NCBI GenBank assembly: GCA_964357615.1
Contig: CAYHMC010000008.1
Coordinates: 1-61,371 of the forward strand
Direction of reading: 5' to 3'
DNA: 61,371 nucleotides
Source of the DNA: an uncultured Candidatus Saccharibacteria bacterium
GTDB taxonomy: Bacteria; Patescibacteriota; Minisyncoccia; UBA6257; JACOXY01
A program made the translations under genes and the position numbers. Positions 46,116 to 53,979 of the stretch are shown piece by piece. The notes beneath the pieces were generated by a model. That model was not told where the DNA came from and ran no database searches. It saw nothing but the letters and a program-made list of their open reading frames with translations. The number at the start of each line of letters is the position of its first letter. Within the stretch, counting starts at the first letter, position 1.

Positions 46116-46703
46116 TTATAGTTTTATTCTAACACTTCCCTGTCTTAAAACAATAACCCGTCCATTATTAATAGATATGAGAGTTGATGGCTTACCGTTT
46201 AAGATTCCCTTATCTATATAAAAATCGATTAAACGATTGGGTTCTGGAAAAACCTTATTTCCAAAATATTTTTTTGCATCCTTAATGCTTAAAGAATGTG
46301 GGCTGCCCTCTATATTAGCACTTGGAGCAAGAAGTGGGCCAGTTTCTTTTAATATTTTAATCAATTGTTTGTCTTTTGGAAATCTAATCGCCAGAGTGTT
46401 TGTTCCTCTATGAAGATAGTGATATTTTTTATTACGACAAAGTAATATTACACTAATTTTTCCTGGCCAAATATTGCTTAGTATTTTTTTTGTTTTACTA
46501 TTTAGTTTAATTCCAAAAACGCGTAAATCGTTTAAAGATTTAATTAAAACAATAGCTGGTTTTTTTGGATTTCTTTTTCTTACCCTATATATTCTTTGAA
46601 CGGTTTTTTTATCTAATGCTAATCCCAGAAGCCCGTAGATTGTATCAGTTGGCATTACGCCGATAGCACCATCTTTTAATAACTGAATGTAGTTAATGCT
46701 CAT
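46116..46703 (-). CDS. tsaC: L-threonylcarbamoyladenylate synthase (YrdC/TsaC)
   Basis: GVMPTDTIYGL, LAPSANIEG. 195 aa. Confidence 0.8.
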   Translation of the reverse strand: MSINYIQLLKDGAIGVMPTDTIYGLLGLALDKKTVQRIYRVRKRNPKKPAIVLIKSLNDLRVFGIKLNSKTKKILSNIWPGKISVILLCRNKKYHYLHRGTNTLAIRFPKDKQLIKILKETGPLLAPSANIEGSPHSLSIKDAKKYFGNKVFPEPNRLIDFYIDKGILNGKPSTLISINNGRVIVLRQGSVRIKL

Positions 46704-46775
46704 TTCAAAATATAATAATTTTTGTAAGTATAGCGATAATTAATAATCTATTCAAGATAAATATATCAAAATCTA

Positions 46776-46804
46776 TTGACATTCTGATGTTTAGCTGTTA
46801 AAAT
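46776..46804 (+). promoter_or_regulatory. near-consensus promoter with an extended -10, upstream of the RlpA-like gene
   Basis: TTGACA, a 17-nt spacer, then TGtTAAAAT. It is followed by about 117 nt of untranslated leader before the ATG at 46928. Confidence 0.55.
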
Positions 46805-47224
46805 AATGCCAGTTCACTAAGCTAATCTTTAAAAAATCGGAGGTGTTATTGAAACTTAATAGTAGCTAAATTATCCGAAACAATTAATAAAAGCGGTACG
46901 GTGCTAAAAGCACCCTGAGGAGGCAAAATGACCAGAAAAAGAAAAACGAAACACCCTTTAATAATTTTTCTCACAACAATTAGCATAATTTATTGACTAA
47001 CTATTTCGGCGATTGCTGGAGAACTTCGAAATACAAGTATATTTGGGGATAGTACGATATTTAAACCGCAAAATGGCGCAGAAGGAAATCACGATAATAT
47101 TGAAGTTTCCTACTCGCTTTATGCTGCAAAAAATCTACTTAATTTTGCCACAGTAACTTGCGACCTTCCACATGTACGCGCGCTATTACTAAATAGCGAA
47201 CTAGCTAATCCAACACCTCCAGAT

Positions 47225-47560
47225 GTGATTAAAATTAAAATACCAAAAAGCTTTATTACAAGGGCCTCTTGGTATGGCGAGGGAGACGGATTTCATGGCA
47301 AACCTAATGCCGGCGGTGGAACCTTTAACGCAAATAATGCAAATGAAATTGCACATCAATTCTTGCCGTTAGGCACACCACTAAAGGTTAAAAGTGTAGT
47401 AACCGGCAAATGGATTAATGCCGTCGTAAGAGACAGAGGACCCTGCAAACCAGAAAGAGGTATCGATTTACCAGTATCAGCGGCCTCAAAGCTTGGTATT
47501 AAAAAACTTGGCGTATCAGAGGTATTGGGTATAATATTACCCAAAACTAAAAAGAGATAA
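47225..47560 (+). CDS. rlpA: RlpA-like double-psi beta-barrel (DPBB) cell-wall protein; the frame extends upstream to 46928 through an in-frame TGA
   Basis: ASWYGEGDGFHGKPNAGGGTF...AVVRDRGP motif. The upstream 76 codons are open in the same frame and are preceded by TGA (46994-46996) and a signal-anchor ORF with a GAGGAGG RBS. Confidence 0.7.
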   Translation: MIKIKIPKSFITRASWYGEGDGFHGKPNAGGGTFNANNANEIAHQFLPLGTPLKVKSVVTGKWINAVVRDRGPCKPERGIDLPVSAASKLGIKKLGVSEVLGIILPKTKKR

Positions 47561-47593
47561 AACCCAGCTAAATAATTAGCTGGGTTATTTTTT
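47561..47593 (+). terminator. intrinsic terminator
   Basis: AACCCAGCTAA ataa TTAGCTGGGTT followed by ATTTTTT. Confidence 0.75.
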
Positions 47594-47630
47594 ATAAATA
47601 TATTAGATAATAAATTGATTTAAAGTATTG

Positions 47631-48458
47631 TTATTTATAAAATACTTTATTTTCTGATCTTAAATCCACATATTCGAGCTCGTTTAATTTAGGCTTTAAC
47701 GATTGCAAAACATCAAATATTGAGTCTGGATCAATGCGCAAACTAAAATAAATAACAGTTTTTTTAGATAGAATTGCTCTAAGTTCCTGTAATTTTAAAT
47801 TTGGTAGATCAAAACTAATAATATCAACATCGGTACGATCTAAGATATCAAATATTTTAAACATTACATCGTTCATTGCTTTCGGCAAAACAGTATCACC
47901 AACTACAAGTTTACGCCCGCCAGAATCATGCAAACTCTTTATTAAAACACCAAATGTAGCCGGTGCCTTTTCGAAAATTATGCCAGTGGAATCAAACCAA
48001 AAGCACTCTGTGTCTAATTCACTAATCACAGATACCTCTAAAGCACTAGTGGATGCAACTTCAGATGAGGATGAAGAAGATAAAACTAATTTATCAATTT
48101 TTTTATTTAGTAAATTATCCTCATTACACCAAATACCATATGGCTTTCTTTCATCTATAACAATATTTAATTTTTTGTTAAATATGTCTTTTTTAACCGT
48201 AAAATCTGAGACTAATATATTTTTAATATAGATGTCTTCAAATAAGTAGGGCTTATTTAATTTAGGGAACAAATCTGCAATAGTAAGTTGTGACCCACCA
48301 CTTAAAACTATTTCGTTAAATCTAAAAATATTTGTAAAATAAATAAGATAAACGGACCCCGAAGTAACTAATGTAGTAAATACTAAAACTACAGAAATAA
48401 AAATCTTTGTTTTACGACGCCTATTATTTTTTTGTAAGGACTGATTATAATCTCGCAC
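47631..48458 (-). CDS. ftsQ: FtsQ/DivIB-like cell division protein (POTRA)
   Basis: Basic N-terminus, one TM segment, then FRFNEIVLSGGSQLTIADL (POTRA-like). GTG start. Confidence 0.5.
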   Translation of the reverse strand: MRDYNQSLQKNNRRRKTKIFISVVLVFTTLVTSGSVYLIYFTNIFRFNEIVLSGGSQLTIADLFPKLNKPYLFEDIYIKNILVSDFTVKKDIFNKKLNIVIDERKPYGIWCNEDNLLNKKIDKLVLSSSSSSEVASTSALEVSVISELDTECFWFDSTGIIFEKAPATFGVLIKSLHDSGGRKLVVGDTVLPKAMNDVMFKIFDILDRTDVDIISFDLPNLKLQELRAILSKKTVIYFSLRIDPDSIFDVLQSLKPKLNELEYVDLRSENKVFYK

Positions 48459-48510
48459 TTTAAAATTTATTATTTAAAAACTTATGAATAACTTTAGGAC
48501 TTTTTATATT

Positions 48511-49599
48511 CTATGCAACAATCCTCTGTATTAATGGATTAATTCTAGTAAGAAATTCATAATAAGAACTTTTTGATTTGAAACTTGCATCAATAATATC
48601 AATTTCAACCACATCCATTGGCTTGCAGGAAATATCAGTTATATCAACCATTATTACATCCATTGTAACTCTGCCCAAAACTTTTGCTCTTTTTTTATTT
48701 ATAATAACATCGCCCACTCCCGATAAAGCCCATGGAAAACCATGCCAATAGCCAATGGGTAGAATTCCAATTTTAGTTTTTCTATTTAATCGCTCGGTTA
48801 AATCATAACTTACATAACTCCCCTTTTGAACTTCTTTTATCTCGCTTATAATAGTTTTCCATCGTAAAACTGGTTTAAATTTTAGCTTAGGAAATTGCAT
48901 CTTAATTTCTTTGGATGGGTATTGTCCATAAAGCCCCATTCCAACCCTAACCATATCAAGATGGTATTTTGAATTAAGTATAGTGGCAGATGAAGCAGCG
49001 GCATGGCGAATAAAATTTTTAAAACCTTTTTTTTCAAATTGTATTATAGCATTTTGAAATTTTTGAAATTGAATTTCTGTATATGTCGGATAATTGATAT
49101 CTTTAGCTGCTGCAAAATGCGTATATATTCCTTCTACTTTATTTACATCAGAAAATTTACTTTTTAATATTTTAATAACCTGATGAATATCTTTATTAAA
49201 AAATCCCTGCCGATGCATACCTGTATCAATTTTAATATGAATCTTTGGTTTGCTTTTAGATTTTACCCAATCATTTAATGCATTTATATTTGAGATAGTA
49301 ATAACACAATTATTTTTAACTGCATTAGCATAATGAATTGGCAGGGTCATACCTAACGCTAAAATTGGTTTTTTAATTCCATGCTTTCTTAGTGTTTCCG
49401 CTTCAAAAACAGAATCTACACAAAAAAAATCAACACCACTTTTTTCGGCGATAATTCCAAAATCATATAAACCATGTCCATAAGCATTACTTTTAACAAC
49501 TGATGCGAGTTTTACTTTTGGCCCAACAAGCTTCCTAAATACTCCAATATTATAAGCAACGGCCTTCTTATTTATTTCAATCCAAGTCTTAAGTTTCAT
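48511..49599 (-). CDS. alr: alanine racemase
   Basis: PLP-lysine motif VVKSNAYGHG. 362 aa. Confidence 0.9.
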   Translation of the reverse strand: MKLKTWIEINKKAVAYNIGVFRKLVGPKVKLASVVKSNAYGHGLYDFGIIAEKSGVDFFCVDSVFEAETLRKHGIKKPILALGMTLPIHYANAVKNNCVITISNINALNDWVKSKSKPKIHIKIDTGMHRQGFFNKDIHQVIKILKSKFSDVNKVEGIYTHFAAAKDINYPTYTEIQFQKFQNAIIQFEKKGFKNFIRHAAASSATILNSKYHLDMVRVGMGLYGQYPSKEIKMQFPKLKFKPVLRWKTIISEIKEVQKGSYVSYDLTERLNRKTKIGILPIGYWHGFPWALSGVGDVIINKKRAKVLGRVTMDVIMVDITDISCKPMDVVEIDIIDASFKSKSSYYEFLTRINPLIQRIVA

Positions 49600-49715
49600 C
49601 CCGTACGAAATAGAACACGAACTAATTGGTTGTTTTTCGTGTCTTATTAAATTTAATTATAAATCTTGTTAAATGCATCATAAATCATTCGCGTTCGAAA
49701 TTTCGTACGGGATGA
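49596..49715. mobile_element. MITE-like element M4 with termini identical to the GIY-YIG unit
   Basis: TCATCCCGTACGAAAT at 49596-49611 is the exact reverse complement of 49700-49715. No ORF inside. Confidence 0.6.
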
Positions 49716-49746
49716 ATAAAATCACTCTAACACCAAGAAACACTCT

Positions 49747-51045
49747 CTAAAAATCTAATGCCTTAATTACCTTTTTGCCAACATACTTCTGTAAAACTTT
49801 TGGAACATTAATATAACCTTCTTTTGTTTGATAATTTTCAATAATAGCAATAAGCATTCTTCCTATTGCAAAAGCTGTGCCATTTAGCATGTGCACATAT
49901 TCTGTATCATTATTTTTACGAAATTTAATGTTTAATCTACGCGATTGAAAATCTGTAGTATTTGAAGTTGAATGTGTTTCCCGATATTCTCCCTCTCCGT
50001 TTTTCTGACCCGGCATCCAAGCTTCAATATCATATTTTGAAGCTGCTGGATCCCCAAGATCACCAGTACAAATATCCAAAACTTGATACGGTATATTTAG
50101 TAATTGCATTAAATGCTCTTCGATCGCAAGAAGAAGTTGATGTTCTGTTTCTGATTTATCTGGAGTTGTGATAGAAAACATTTCAACTTTATCAAATTGA
50201 TGAACACGCAAAATACCCTTTGTATCCTTGCCATAAGAACCGGCTTCACGACGAAAACAGGATGAAAAAGAAACATAACGAATAGGAAGTTCATCTTCGG
50301 AAAATGTTTCTCCTGCGTGCATTGGACCAATTGCCTGCTCTGAAGTTCCAACTAAATAAAGATCATCTTGGGTACTATATATTTCATCAGCACCGCGATC
50401 CATATAACCCATAGCTCTCATCATTTCACTCTTAATTAAAACTGGCGGTACAACTGGAATAAACGGTTTGGAATCTAACTGTAATTTTTTATTTCGAATA
50501 ATATTTTTTATTTTTTTCTCGTTACCCAAAATCTCAAAAACTAATTGTACTAATGCAAATTCCATGAGAGTTCCAGCTCCAATCAAATAACCGAATCGAC
50601 TTCCAGACACCTTAGAAGCCCGCTCAATGTCGATAATATTATTTTCTTCACCTAACAAAAGATAATCTTTAAGAACTGGGAATGTTGCTCGTTTCTTTCC
50701 CACTTCACGAATAACTATGTTCTCAGTTTCGTTTTTGCCAACTGGAACTGAAGGAAGCGGTAAATTTGGTAATTGCTTTAATATACTATTACGATTATCT
50801 TGAATTTCCTTTAAAGTTTCTTCGAGTGCCACAATCTCAACTTTCAATTGTTTTGCCTTTTCGATATTTCTTGCCTCCCCTGCTTTTTTTTGGTCTGACC
50901 TTAAATCATCAATATTCTTAATAATATGACGCCAACTAGTATCAATAGCCAAAAAATTATCAACCAAATTGGGGTCTATATTTTTTGATGAAATGCCTTT
51001 TTTTACTTTATCTGGCTCTTCTCTAAGCAACTTAATATCAATCAT
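49747..51045 (-). CDS. serS: seryl-tRNA synthetase
   Basis: N-terminal coiled-coil and class II motifs (FRREAGS, GTAFAIGR). 432 aa. Confidence 0.92.
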   Translation of the reverse strand: MIDIKLLREEPDKVKKGISSKNIDPNLVDNFLAIDTSWRHIIKNIDDLRSDQKKAGEARNIEKAKQLKVEIVALEETLKEIQDNRNSILKQLPNLPLPSVPVGKNETENIVIREVGKKRATFPVLKDYLLLGEENNIIDIERASKVSGSRFGYLIGAGTLMEFALVQLVFEILGNEKKIKNIIRNKKLQLDSKPFIPVVPPVLIKSEMMRAMGYMDRGADEIYSTQDDLYLVGTSEQAIGPMHAGETFSEDELPIRYVSFSSCFRREAGSYGKDTKGILRVHQFDKVEMFSITTPDKSETEHQLLLAIEEHLMQLLNIPYQVLDICTGDLGDPAASKYDIEAWMPGQKNGEGEYRETHSTSNTTDFQSRRLNIKFRKNNDTEYVHMLNGTAFAIGRMLIAIIENYQTKEGYINVPKVLQKYVGKKVIKALDF

Positions 51046-51087
51046 AAACTTAGTATATAAGAATTTAATATATTGGTCTAGGGATAT

Positions 51088-51113
51088 AAATAAAAAAGCA
51101 GTCTATAGACTGC
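51088..51113 (-). terminator. intrinsic terminator overlapping the stop of ORF 51103-51504
   Basis: GCAGTCTATAGACTGC palindrome followed on the minus strand by TTTTTTATTTAT. Confidence 0.6.
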
Positions 51114-51504
51114 TAAATTCTTTTCTAACCTTTAGATCAACCATACCATAAAAGTCCAATTGACCATCGTGTGTTTCAAAAATGGCCAAAATTTCTGGAT
51201 ATTTTACTGTGCCTTCTTCGATAACAAAATACATTAAGTGATGTGAATTTTCTGTATATCCTGTTCTAATAATTCTCACCTTCGCTCTTCGTGGTCCACC
51301 ACACCCTGGAGCGTCCCTTGGTTCAACAATTGCTTCAACAACATCGCCAATTTTATGTATGTGCTGACGAGTACCTTTGCCATCACTTTTTTGACATCGC
51401 AGAGCACTACTTTCTGCTTCTTTTTGTGAATAAGCAATAAATTCAGCGCCACAATCGCCACAAGCCTTTCGATATATAGGAGATAAACTTCTCGAATGCC
51501 CCAT
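51103..51504 (-). CDS. hypothetical protein
   Basis: 133 aa with an AAGGAG RBS. N-terminal CGDCG motif. Confidence 0.5.
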   Translation of the reverse strand: MGHSRSLSPIYRKACGDCGAEFIAYSQKEAESSALRCQKSDGKGTRQHIHKIGDVVEAIVEPRDAPGCGGPRRAKVRIIRTGYTENSHHLMYFVIEEGTVKYPEILAIFETHDGQLDFYGMVDLKVRKEFSSL

Positions 51505-51590
51505 TCCAATACTCCTTATTTATAAACTTCTGCGCTCTTTATAGCACAAGCTATAAAATTTACAAGAAATAACTGGTAATTTTAGTATTT

Positions 51591-51688
51591 ATATCTCTCG
51601 TGCATTCAGCCTGCTGGCCTCAGTATTTCATCTCTCTCGCTCAGTCATCGTCTCACAAAAATGAGACTTCTTTGAAATTACTTTAACC
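51591..51688. repeat. 98-nt conserved repeat R100, copy 2
   Basis: See copy 1 at 36994-37091. Confidence 0.8.
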
Positions 51689-51695
51689 GCTTTAA

Positions 51696-51736
51696 CTACA
51701 TTAGAATATTGAATCTGATTCAATATTCTAATGTAG
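51696..51736. repeat. perfect 19-bp-stem hairpin following R100 copy 2
   Basis: CTACATTAGAATATTGAAT ctg ATTCAATATTCTAATGTAG. Confidence 0.85.
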
Positions 51737-51744
51737 TGTTGGTT

Positions 51745-51802
51745 AAAATAAAAAACGGCGCACCATCGAAATCAGGTTTTACCCTAACTCGATGATGCGC
51801 CG
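51745..51802 (-). terminator. G+C-rich hairpin terminator of the G+C-rich cassette
   Basis: CGGCGCACCATCGA / TCGATGATGCGCCG form a 14-bp stem with one mismatch. TTTTTTATTTT follows on the minus strand. Confidence 0.6.
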
Positions 51803-51817
51803 GTGCAACGACCGCGA

Positions 51818-52084
51818 CTACTTCTGCTTTTGCTCGACGCCGGTCTTCAAGCTCTTCTTTGCACGATGGGTCTTCGCCTTAGACCCGCCAGTGTGAGCGA
51901 CTGCGACGCCACGCTTGGGAACGAAATCCTCCTGTGGCGCCCCCTGCTGCCATTGCCGGCGATGCTTCTTGCTGAACGGCACTCGCTTCGGACAGCTGGA
52001 AACCGGAGTGCCAGCACCCTTGTGACGGTCACCGCCACTCTTCACGGGATTGAAACAGGCGAAACACTTTCCCTTGCGCTTCAT
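51818..52084 (-). CDS. hypothetical very basic protein (G+C-rich cassette, second ORF)
   Basis: 88 aa with an ATGA overlap to the upstream ORF. Several overlapping ORFs on both strands make the frame choice uncertain. Confidence 0.35.
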   Translation of the reverse strand: MKRKGKCFACFNPVKSGGDRHKGAGTPVSSCPKRVPFSKKHRRQWQQGAPQEDFVPKRGVAVAHTGGSKAKTHRAKKSLKTGVEQKQK

Positions 52085-52404
52085 GACGCCCTCCGTGCCG
52101 ACTTCTTCAGGGTCGCCTTGCGAACGCTCGAGCCCTTGCGCTTCGTCTTGGGCTTCTTCGCCTCGGCCTTCTCGGTCGAAACCTCGGCGATCACGGGCAT
52201 CTCCGCCTCGATTTGCGCCAGAAGCCTCACGCGTTCGCGAACGGCACCAACGCCGACGCCGAGACGCGAGTCGAGCACCGCAATCTGCTCCTTGGGAGTG
52301 CGCAGAGCGCGCTCCATCACGCGAACCTGAACACCCGACGCCTTGCGTTCGCTTTTGGCGCGAACCCTTTCGTCGTGCAACAACTGTCTGCTACGAGAGT
52401 CCAT
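52081..52404 (-). CDS. hypothetical protein with a Lys/Arg-rich tail (G+C-rich cassette, first ORF)
   Basis: AAAGGAG lies 8 nt before the ATG. 107 aa, ending in AEAKKPKTKRKGSSVRKATLKKSARRAS. Confidence 0.5.
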   Translation of the reverse strand: MDSRSRQLLHDERVRAKSERKASGVQVRVMERALRTPKEQIAVLDSRLGVGVGAVRERVRLLAQIEAEMPVIAEVSTEKAEAKKPKTKRKGSSVRKATLKKSARRAS

Positions 52405-52464
52405 AGAACTACTCCTTTCGCTTATCCGCCGAAATTGACGGATATCCAGGATTTGCTACTGGGC

Positions 52465-52493
52465 ATTATAGCATATAATTTGCTATTTGTCAA
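52465..52493 (-). promoter_or_regulatory. perfect consensus sigma70 promoter driving the G+C-rich cassette
   Basis: Minus strand reads TTGACA, a 17-nt spacer, then TATAAT. It is bracketed by the 8-bp inverted repeat CTGGGCAT/ATGCCCAG. Confidence 0.6.
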
Positions 52494-52529
52494 ATATACC
52501 ACCATGCCCAGTGAGCGGTTATTAACACT

Positions 52530-52560
52530 AAAAAATCACCCAATTACGGGTGATTTTTTA
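52530..52560. terminator. bidirectional hairpin terminator
   Basis: AAAAAATCACCC aattac GGGTGATTTTTT. Confidence 0.65.
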
Positions 52561-52563
52561 GTG

Positions 52564-53346
52564 TTAACTCGAGCTTGCCGTTGATGTCCCATTACCACCT
52601 GCCCCCATTACTGCCTTAAAATCTTTTTTAGCTTTTTGAATTGCGGTGCGGAAATCATTTTGTGCTTTTTCAAATGCGGATTTCCTAACATCGATTAGTG
52701 GCTTTAGAGCATCCAATCTTTTTTCAATAGCACCTCTATCTACTTCAAATTTATCACGAGCATTTTTAAGTGCGTTGCGGAAATTTGTTTGTACAGTTGC
52801 TGGAGCAACTTTTGCTGCACAATCAGTTTTGGCTTTTACTTTTGCCGCTTCTAAATTAGCCTGAAATGTTGCAATCGCCTTCTTTATGGCCTCTCTTCTT
52901 GAAACTCTTAGCTTTTCCATTCCATCTCTAAAATTTTTTATAGCATTTTGAAGAGCGCTTCTTCTTGCTTCAATTGCAATCCTCACTGCTTCACGATATT
53001 TAAGAACTGCTAGTTTTTCTGCATCTGTGGTTGTTTTTTCTTCTAGTTTTTTAATATTTTCTTCAAATTGTTTATCTTGAGCTATTTTTTGTTCTCCCCG
53101 CTTTGATTCAAGTTCATCTAATTTTTTTTGTATATCGCCCATACGAGCTTCTCTGTCTGATTGAAGCTTTGTAGCTCGCGTAGCTAAATCTGTAACTACT
53201 TTATTTGATAATTCGGCAAAGCGCTGACAAAAATTTTCACCAACCTTTCCTGATCTTTCTTTTGGTGTAGATGTCGGATTTTGAGCAAAAACTACTCCGG
53301 CTGGAGATATTAACACCAGCAAAAGAGCAGAATTTACAATTCGCAT
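52564..53346 (-). CDS. secreted Ala/Lys/Glu-rich coiled-coil protein
   Basis: Signal peptide MRIVNSALLLVLISPAGVVFAQ from the ATG at 53346. The ORF-track start at 53406 overlaps the upstream gene. Repetitive helical sequence. Confidence 0.6.
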   Translation of the reverse strand: MRIVNSALLLVLISPAGVVFAQNPTSTPKERSGKVGENFCQRFAELSNKVVTDLATRATKLQSDREARMGDIQKKLDELESKRGEQKIAQDKQFEENIKKLEEKTTTDAEKLAVLKYREAVRIAIEARRSALQNAIKNFRDGMEKLRVSRREAIKKAIATFQANLEAAKVKAKTDCAAKVAPATVQTNFRNALKNARDKFEVDRGAIEKRLDALKPLIDVRKSAFEKAQNDFRTAIQKAKKDFKAVMGAGGNGTSTASSS

Positions 53347-53356
53347 TGAAATAATT

Positions 53357-53668
53357 TTATATTGTATTTTCGTCATATGTTTTACCAAGGCCTTCCAATG
53401 CCTCACTGTCTGAACTTAATTCTTCGGCATTACTAGATTCTTCAAGCAAACTTATTTCATCTACAACATTTTTTAAAAGCGCAGTTTCAACATCATCCAC
53501 TGATGCTATATTTACTTCTGGTTTTGAGGATTCCCCTACTAGCTCCTGCACATCTTGACCAGGCAATTCAACCTTACCAGATTTAAAAAACAAAACTGCT
53601 GAAACAAGAAGCGAAACAACTGCTAGTGACATAAGAATTTTCCAACCATTATTTGAATCTGTATTCAT
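53357..53668 (-). CDS. hypothetical membrane-anchored acidic protein
   Basis: 103 aa with an N-terminal TM segment. Confidence 0.5.
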   Translation of the reverse strand: MNTDSNNGWKILMSLAVVSLLVSAVLFFKSGKVELPGQDVQELVGESSKPEVNIASVDDVETALLKNVVDEISLLEESSNAEELSSDSEALEGLGKTYDENTI

Positions 53669-53776
53669 TGGAATTTATTTATTTAATTAATTGCGACCTT
53701 TTTAATTTTACTCTGATTCTTAGCATTCAGTATATCATAAAAATTATAGTGCAATTTCTATGCTCAGTATGTATTT

Positions 53777-53824
53777 ATCTATACCAATAAATAATACTAC
53801 TTGTGCTCTCAAGGGGAATCGAAC
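53777..53824. repeat. direct repeat: displaced copy of the tRNA-Glu 3' part plus downstream flank
   Basis: 48 nt matching 53953-54000 with 4 mismatches. It includes the T-loop and 3' acceptor strand (GTTCGATTCCCCTTGAGAGCA on the minus strand). Confidence 0.8.
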
Positions 53825-53925
53825 AAAATTCTGTATAACAGAATTTTTTGAAACCCATCGGTTTCAATACTTCCGCCACGGGGAAACTTATGTTTCCCCG
53901 ACCCCCTTCACGGTTCGATTCCTTT
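53811..53925. other. hairpin-rich structured element (possible ncRNA or element relic)
   Basis: A 10-bp outer pairing GGAATCGAAC/GTTCGATTCC encloses three perfect hairpins at 53825-53847, 53849-53866 and 53880-53899. Confidence 0.45.
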
Positions 53926-53979
53926 TGAAAAATCGACTAGTATTATTCATTCATCTATATCGATAAAAAATACTACATG

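Noticed and set aside
17982-47560. Alternative genetic code (UGA read as Gly or Trp, codes 25/4) as the explanation for the two in-frame TGA codons.
   Set aside because: TGA clearly terminates other confident genes here; for example rdgB and the GIY-YIG ORF use ATGA overlaps. Standard-code ORFs of up to 1553 codons are uninterrupted and Trp is encoded by TGG. A global reassignment does not fit.
51803-52584. Plus-strand ORFs in the G+C-rich segment (51803-52330, 52050-52406, 52213-52584) and the nested minus ORF 51847-52038.
   Set aside because: They are typical shadow ORFs of high-GC DNA with no RBS. Their sequences are low-complexity Arg/Ala/Leu-rich, and they overlap the better-supported minus-strand pair.
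53760-53966. ORF 53760-53966 (plus).
   Set aside because: It consists of the tRNA-Glu fragment and the hairpin block, and it has no RBS.
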